A stretch of DNA of 10,405 nt from Gemmatimonadota bacterium. GTDB lineage: Bacteria; Gemmatimonadota; Gemmatimonadetes; Longimicrobiales; RSA9. The position numbers were made by a program, and so were the translations under genes. This document shows positions 7,631 through 10,405 of this stretch, piece after piece; the stretch's first letter is position 1; each line of letters opens with the position of its first letter. The stretch lies in NCBI GenBank assembly GCA_040905425.1, contig JBBDRO010000078.1, positions 54,570 to 64,974 of the forward strand. Direction: 5' to 3'. Below the pieces are notes generated by a model. The model made no database searches. It was not told where the DNA came from and saw only the letters and a list, made by a program, of their open reading frames with translations.

Positions 7631-7726
7631 GATACGACTCTCCAACGTTGGCTTTCGTAACCTCCGCACCCGCAGTACAGGTCGGGGATGGCGATGTTCC
7701 CGGCTAAGATCGAGCGGTGCCGGGCC

Positions 7727-7755
7727 AGAGTACCCACGCGGGGTGGCGGCGGCAA
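7727..7755 (-). promoter_or_regulatory. Putative promoter of the TonB receptor, TTGCCG-N17-TACTCT
   Basis: -35 at 7755-7750, -10 at 7732-7727, canonical 17-nt spacing. Predicts a ~90-nt leader. Confidence 0.55.
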
Positions 7756-7795
7756 GCGGCGCTACGGCGCGCATCACTGCGATAGCGCCGCTCGC
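7752..7795 (-). terminator. Stem-loop after vapC (possible terminator or operator)
   Basis: AGCGGCGCTA (7755-7764) / TAGCGCCGCT (7783-7792) is a perfect 10-bp inverted repeat, extendable to 13 bp with one G-U pair on the minus strand. The inner stem CGCA/TGCG is capped by GUGA (GNRA) on the minus strand. It lies 44 nt after the vapC stop, with no real U-tract. Confidence 0.4.
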
Positions 7796-7839
7796 GGCGG
7801 CCGCGGGGGCGCGTTTGACCGTCATCCTGACCCCGCACC

Positions 7840-8277
7840 CTACACCTTCGTGACCACCGAGGCCTCGTGCAGGCGCAGCCGGCCCCACCGCGGTCCGCCC
7901 AGCTCCAGCCCGCGATGAAAGTCGGCATCACAGGTGAGCAGCGGCAGCTCCAGCGCCAGGGCGGTGGCGGCAATCAGCAGGTCAGGCAACGGAATGCGCG
8001 CGCCCCGGGCACGGGCGTAGGCCCCCATGCTCCCGGCCTCCGCGGCAATGTCTCGATCGGCGGCAATCACCGGGAGAACTGCGGTCAGTCGGCGAACGTG
8101 AGCCTCGCCGGGCGCGCCCCGTGCGCCTACGAACAGCTCGGCCGCACTCACCGCGCTGATGAGCGCGCGGCCCTCTTCCAGTGCCTGCCGCGCCGCCCCG
8201 GCCACCACCCGCGTACGCGCCGGCGCTGCGCGGCGCAGCAGGACGATCAGGGCGGAGGTGTCAAGCAGGATGGCCAC
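7840..8277 (-). CDS. vapC: PIN-domain ribonuclease toxin VapC, 145 aa
   Basis: GTG start at 8277 overlaps the antitoxin end by 17 nt. All PIN acidic motifs are present: ILLDTSALI, ISAVSAAEL, PDLLIAATAL and LLTCDADF. Confidence 0.92.
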   Translation of the reverse strand: MAILLDTSALIVLLRRAAPARTRVVAGAARQALEEGRALISAVSAAELFVGARGAPGEAHVRRLTAVLPVIAADRDIAAEAGSMGAYARARGARIPLPDLLIAATALALELPLLTCDADFHRGLELGGPRWGRLRLHEASVVTKV

Positions 8278-8479
8278 GTTCAACGCGCCTGTACGCGAGC
8301 ATGTCATCCAGGTCCCAGACAGCGTTCGAGCCCTCTACTTCGTCCAGCAGGCGCCGCATGTCCTGCCGGGCTACGGCGTCCTCGAGCGCCAGGGTGATAG
8401 CCTCCCGATAGGTGCTCGTGCCCAGCGCATCCTTTGCGCGCTCGAGAAGATCCCTGTCCAGATCCACGGTCGTACGCAT
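8261..8479 (-). CDS. vapB: VapB-type antitoxin (ribbon-helix-helix-like N-terminus), 72 aa
   Basis: ATG 8479 with GGAG 7 nt upstream. MRTTVDLDRDLLERAKDALGTSTYREAITLALE matches the MRTT(I/V)DLDDxLL VapB pattern. Lies directly upstream of and overlaps the PIN gene. Confidence 0.88.
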   Translation of the reverse strand: MRTTVDLDRDLLERAKDALGTSTYREAITLALEDAVARQDMRRLLDEVEGSNAVWDLDDMLAYRRVERGHPA

Positions 8480-8490
8480 GCAACACTCCA

Positions 8491-8527
8491 ATTGTATGCA
8501 TGATTTGTAAATAGAATGCATAACAAT
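8491..8527. promoter_or_regulatory. AT-rich imperfect palindrome, likely VapB(C) autorepression operator
   Basis: ATTGT-ATGCAT...ATTT-GT-AAAT...ATGCAT-A-ACAAT. Two ATGCAT cores start 20 bp apart (8496, 8516), 12-48 nt upstream of the vapB ATG. Confidence 0.65.
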
Positions 8528-8545
8528 GCCCACCTGCGCCGTCAA
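8517..8545 (-). promoter_or_regulatory. Putative vapBC promoter, TTGACG-N17-TATGCA with extended TG
   Basis: -35 at 8545-8540, then TG-T-TATGCA at 8525-8517 overlapping the operator. An alternative -10 TACAAT lies at 8496-8491. Confidence 0.45.
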
Positions 8546-8571
8546 TTCTTCAGTCCCCACCCCACCCGTAG

Positions 8572-8601
8572 TTGACGCCCCCGCCCACGCTCGAACATCT
8601 T
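8572..8601 (+). promoter_or_regulatory. Putative promoter of the M61 gene, TTGACG-N18-CATCTT
   Basis: -35 at 8572-8577 and a -10-like hexamer at 8596-8601. The ATG at 8607 falls at the expected +1. Confidence 0.45.
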
Positions 8602-8606
8602 CGTGC

Positions 8607-10405
8607 ATGAATACCATCACCCTTATTGCCGCGCTGGCGCTCGCCGCCGCCCAGGCTCCCGGGGACACGGTCCGTTACGAGATCGCCTTTCCCAACGCCG
8701 CCCATCACGAGGCGGAGATCACCATCCGCTACGACGGGCTGCCCGCCACGCCGCTCGACGTGCGCATGAGCCGCAGCTCACCGGGACGGTACGCGCTGCA
8801 CGAGTTTGCCAAGAACGTCTACGGCGTGCGCGCCGTGGACGCCGCCGGGCGCGAGCTGGACGTCACGCGCCCTGACCCGCACACGTGGCGCATCCATGAC
8901 CACGGGGGGGCGCTCACGTTCCACTACACGCTCTTCGCGGATCGCGCCGACGGCACCTATAGCGGCATCGACCGCACGCACGGGCATCTGAACATGCCCG
9001 CCACCTTCGCCTGGGGCGTGGGCACGGGACAGCGGCCCATCCGCATCACCTTCCACGCCCCCGCAGGCAGCGGCTGGCGGGTGGCCACGCAGCTCGCGCC
9101 CACCGCCGACGCGCACACCTTCACCGCGCCCGACCTCTACTACTTCCTGGACTCCCCCACCGAGGTGAGTGACTTCAACCTGCGCAGCTGGGAGGTGGAG
9201 AGCGGCGGGCGCACGCAGACCATCCGCCTGGCCATGCACCACCTGGGCACCGAGGCGGAGCTGGACGCCTACGCGGAATGGGTCCGGAAGGTGGTGCGGG
9301 CGCAGGCGGACATCTTCGGCGAGCTGCCCGCCTTCGACTACGGCACCTACACCTTCATTGCCGACTACCTGCCCTGGGCGTCCGGTGACGGCATGGAGCA
9401 CCGCAACTCCACCATCCTCGCCAGCACCGCCTCGCTGGAGCAGGCGGCGGCCGGGCTGCTCGGCACCGTGTCCCACGAGTTCCTCCACGCCTGGAACGTG
9501 GAGCGCATCCGCCCGCGCACGCTGGAACCCTTCGACTTCACGCGCGCCAACATGTCGGACGCCCTGTGGTTCGCCGAGGGCTTCACGAGCTACTACACGC
9601 CGCTGGCCATCCGTCGCGCGGGTATAAGCGACGACGCCGCGTACGCCGCCGCGCTCGTCGGCACGCTCAACACCGTCATCAACGCTCCCGGGCGGCGCTA
9701 CCACTCGCTCGTGGAGATGAGCCTGCAGGCGCCCTTCGTGGACGCCGCCACCTCCGTGGATCCGGTGAACCGGAGCAACACGTTCATCTCCTACTACACG
9801 TGGGGCGCCGGCGTGGGGCTGGGCCTGGACCTGGCGCTCCGCACGCGCTTCCCGGGCGTCACGCTGGATGACTTCATGCGCGCCATGTGGGCGCGCTTTG
9901 GCAAGACGGAGACGCCCTACTCGCTGGAGGACTGGGTGGTCACCCTGGCCGAGGTGAGCGGGGACGCCGTCTTTGCCACGGAGTTCTTCGAGCGCTACGT
10001 GGCGGGCCGGGAGGTGATGGACTACGAGACGCTGCTGGCCAGCGCCGGCATCCTGCTGCGCCCGGCGCGTCCCGGAGCCGCCACGCTGGGCCCCGTAGCC
10101 ACCCGACCGGTGGAGGGGGGACTCGAGGTCACGTCCGGCACCATGGTGGGCACCGCGCTCTACGAGGCCGGCGTGGACCGCGGCGCGCTGCTCGTCTCCC
10201 TGGACGGTACACCGCTCACGGAACCGGCCGCGTTGGGCCGGCTGACGGCGGAGCGGCAGCCCGGGGACACCGCTCCGCTCGTCTACGAGTCGCGCGGCCA
10301 GCGCTACGAGACACGCGTGACCTTCGGCGCCGACGACCGCCTGGAGGTGCTTCTCTACGAGGACGCCGGGCGCCAACCCACCGCCGCCATGCTGGCCTTC
10401 CGGGA
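8607..10405 (+). CDS. Secreted M61-family (glycyl aminopeptidase-like) zinc metallopeptidase with C-terminal PDZ-like domain, 3' end beyond the window
   Basis: Not in the ORF track because there is no stop in the window. Translated by hand from ATG 8607: MNTITLIAALALAAAQAPGDTVRYEIAFPNAAHHEAEI...MSRSSPGRYALHEFAKNV...GDGMEHRNST...VSHEFLHAWNVERIRP (HExxH at 9474-9488)...LWFAEGFTSYY...ISYYTWGA...GTALYEAGVDRGALLVSLDG...PTAAMLAFR. Confidence 0.93.
   Translation, partial: MNTITLIAALALAAAQAPGDTVRYEIAFPNAAHHEAEITIRYDGLPATPLDVRMSRSSPGRYALHEFAKNVYGVRAVDAAGRELDVTRPDPHTWRIHDHGGALTFHYTLFADRADGTYSGIDRTHGHLNMPATFAWGVGTGQRPIRITFHAPAGSGWRVATQLAPTADAHTFTAPDLYYFLDSPTEVSDFNLRSWEVESGGRTQTIRLAMHHLGTEAELDAYAEWVRKVVRAQADIFGELPAFDYGTYTFIADYLPWASGDGMEHRNSTILASTASLEQAAAGLLGTVSHEFLHAWNVERIRPRTLEPFDFTRANMSDALWFAEGFTSYYTPLAIRRAGISDDAAYAAALVGTLNTVINAPGRRYHSLVEMSLQAPFVDAATSVDPVNRSNTFISYYTWGAGVGLGLDLALRTRFPGVTLDDFMRAMWARFGKTETPYSLEDWVVTLAEVSGDAVFATEFFERYVAGREVMDYETLLASAGILLRPARPGAATLGPVATRPVEGGLEVTSGTMVGTALYEAGVDRGALLVSLDGTPLTEPAALGRLTAERQPGDTAPLVYESRGQRYETRVTFGADDRLEVLLYEDAGRQPTAAMLAFR

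Noticed and set aside
7631..7839. Cobalamin, TPP, c-di-GMP or fluoride riboswitch upstream of the receptor
   Set aside because: No B12-box, CUGAGA/ACCUGAU or GGCAAA/GCAAAGC cores. The fluoride-like GGGGATGGCG...TTCCC is on the non-coding strand and lacks the downstream CUGAUGA element.
7631..7888. N-terminal 86-aa extension of the TonB receptor in the ORF track
   Set aside because: Low-complexity, overlaps vapC and spans the promoter and hairpin. TTG 7630 has an RBS and gives a proper signal peptide. The upstream extensions of the other minus-strand ORFs (3159, 5596, 8307, 8668) were trimmed for similar reasons.
356..9871. Numerous short alternative-frame ORFs (60-310 aa) inside the main genes
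   Set aside because: They overlap well-supported genes and are R/P/A/S-rich frame shadows with no motifs.
8778..10376. 532-aa minus-strand ORF
   Set aside because: Antisense shadow of the M61 peptidase, which has clear catalytic motifs on the plus strand.

Overview
Very GC-rich bacterial window (roughly 70% GC by eye; the gene set resembles Gemmatimonadota, which is an inference only). The minus strand carries, in transcription order: a vapBC toxin-antitoxin pair (8479-7840), a TonB-dependent receptor (7630-5609), a secreted Ig-like/LVIVD beta-propeller protein (5515-3614) and a secreted BNR/Asp-box (VPS10/sortilin-like) protein (3117-58). A secreted M61 metallo-aminopeptidase with a PDZ-like domain starts divergently at 8607 on the plus strand and runs off the window; it is missing from the supplied ORF track. 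The unexplained DNA is mostly non-coding. (i) The ~500-bp spacer 3118-3613 holds a degenerate array of ~31-bp palindromic repeats at a 60-61-bp period with unrelated spacers, flanked by 22-24-bp and 21-bp tandem repeats. (ii) A ~45-bp promoter-like module is shared upstream of the TonB receptor and LVIVD genes. (iii) An AT-rich operator palindrome and back-to-back promoters lie between vapB and the M61 gene. The long antisense ORFs in the track are GC shadows.
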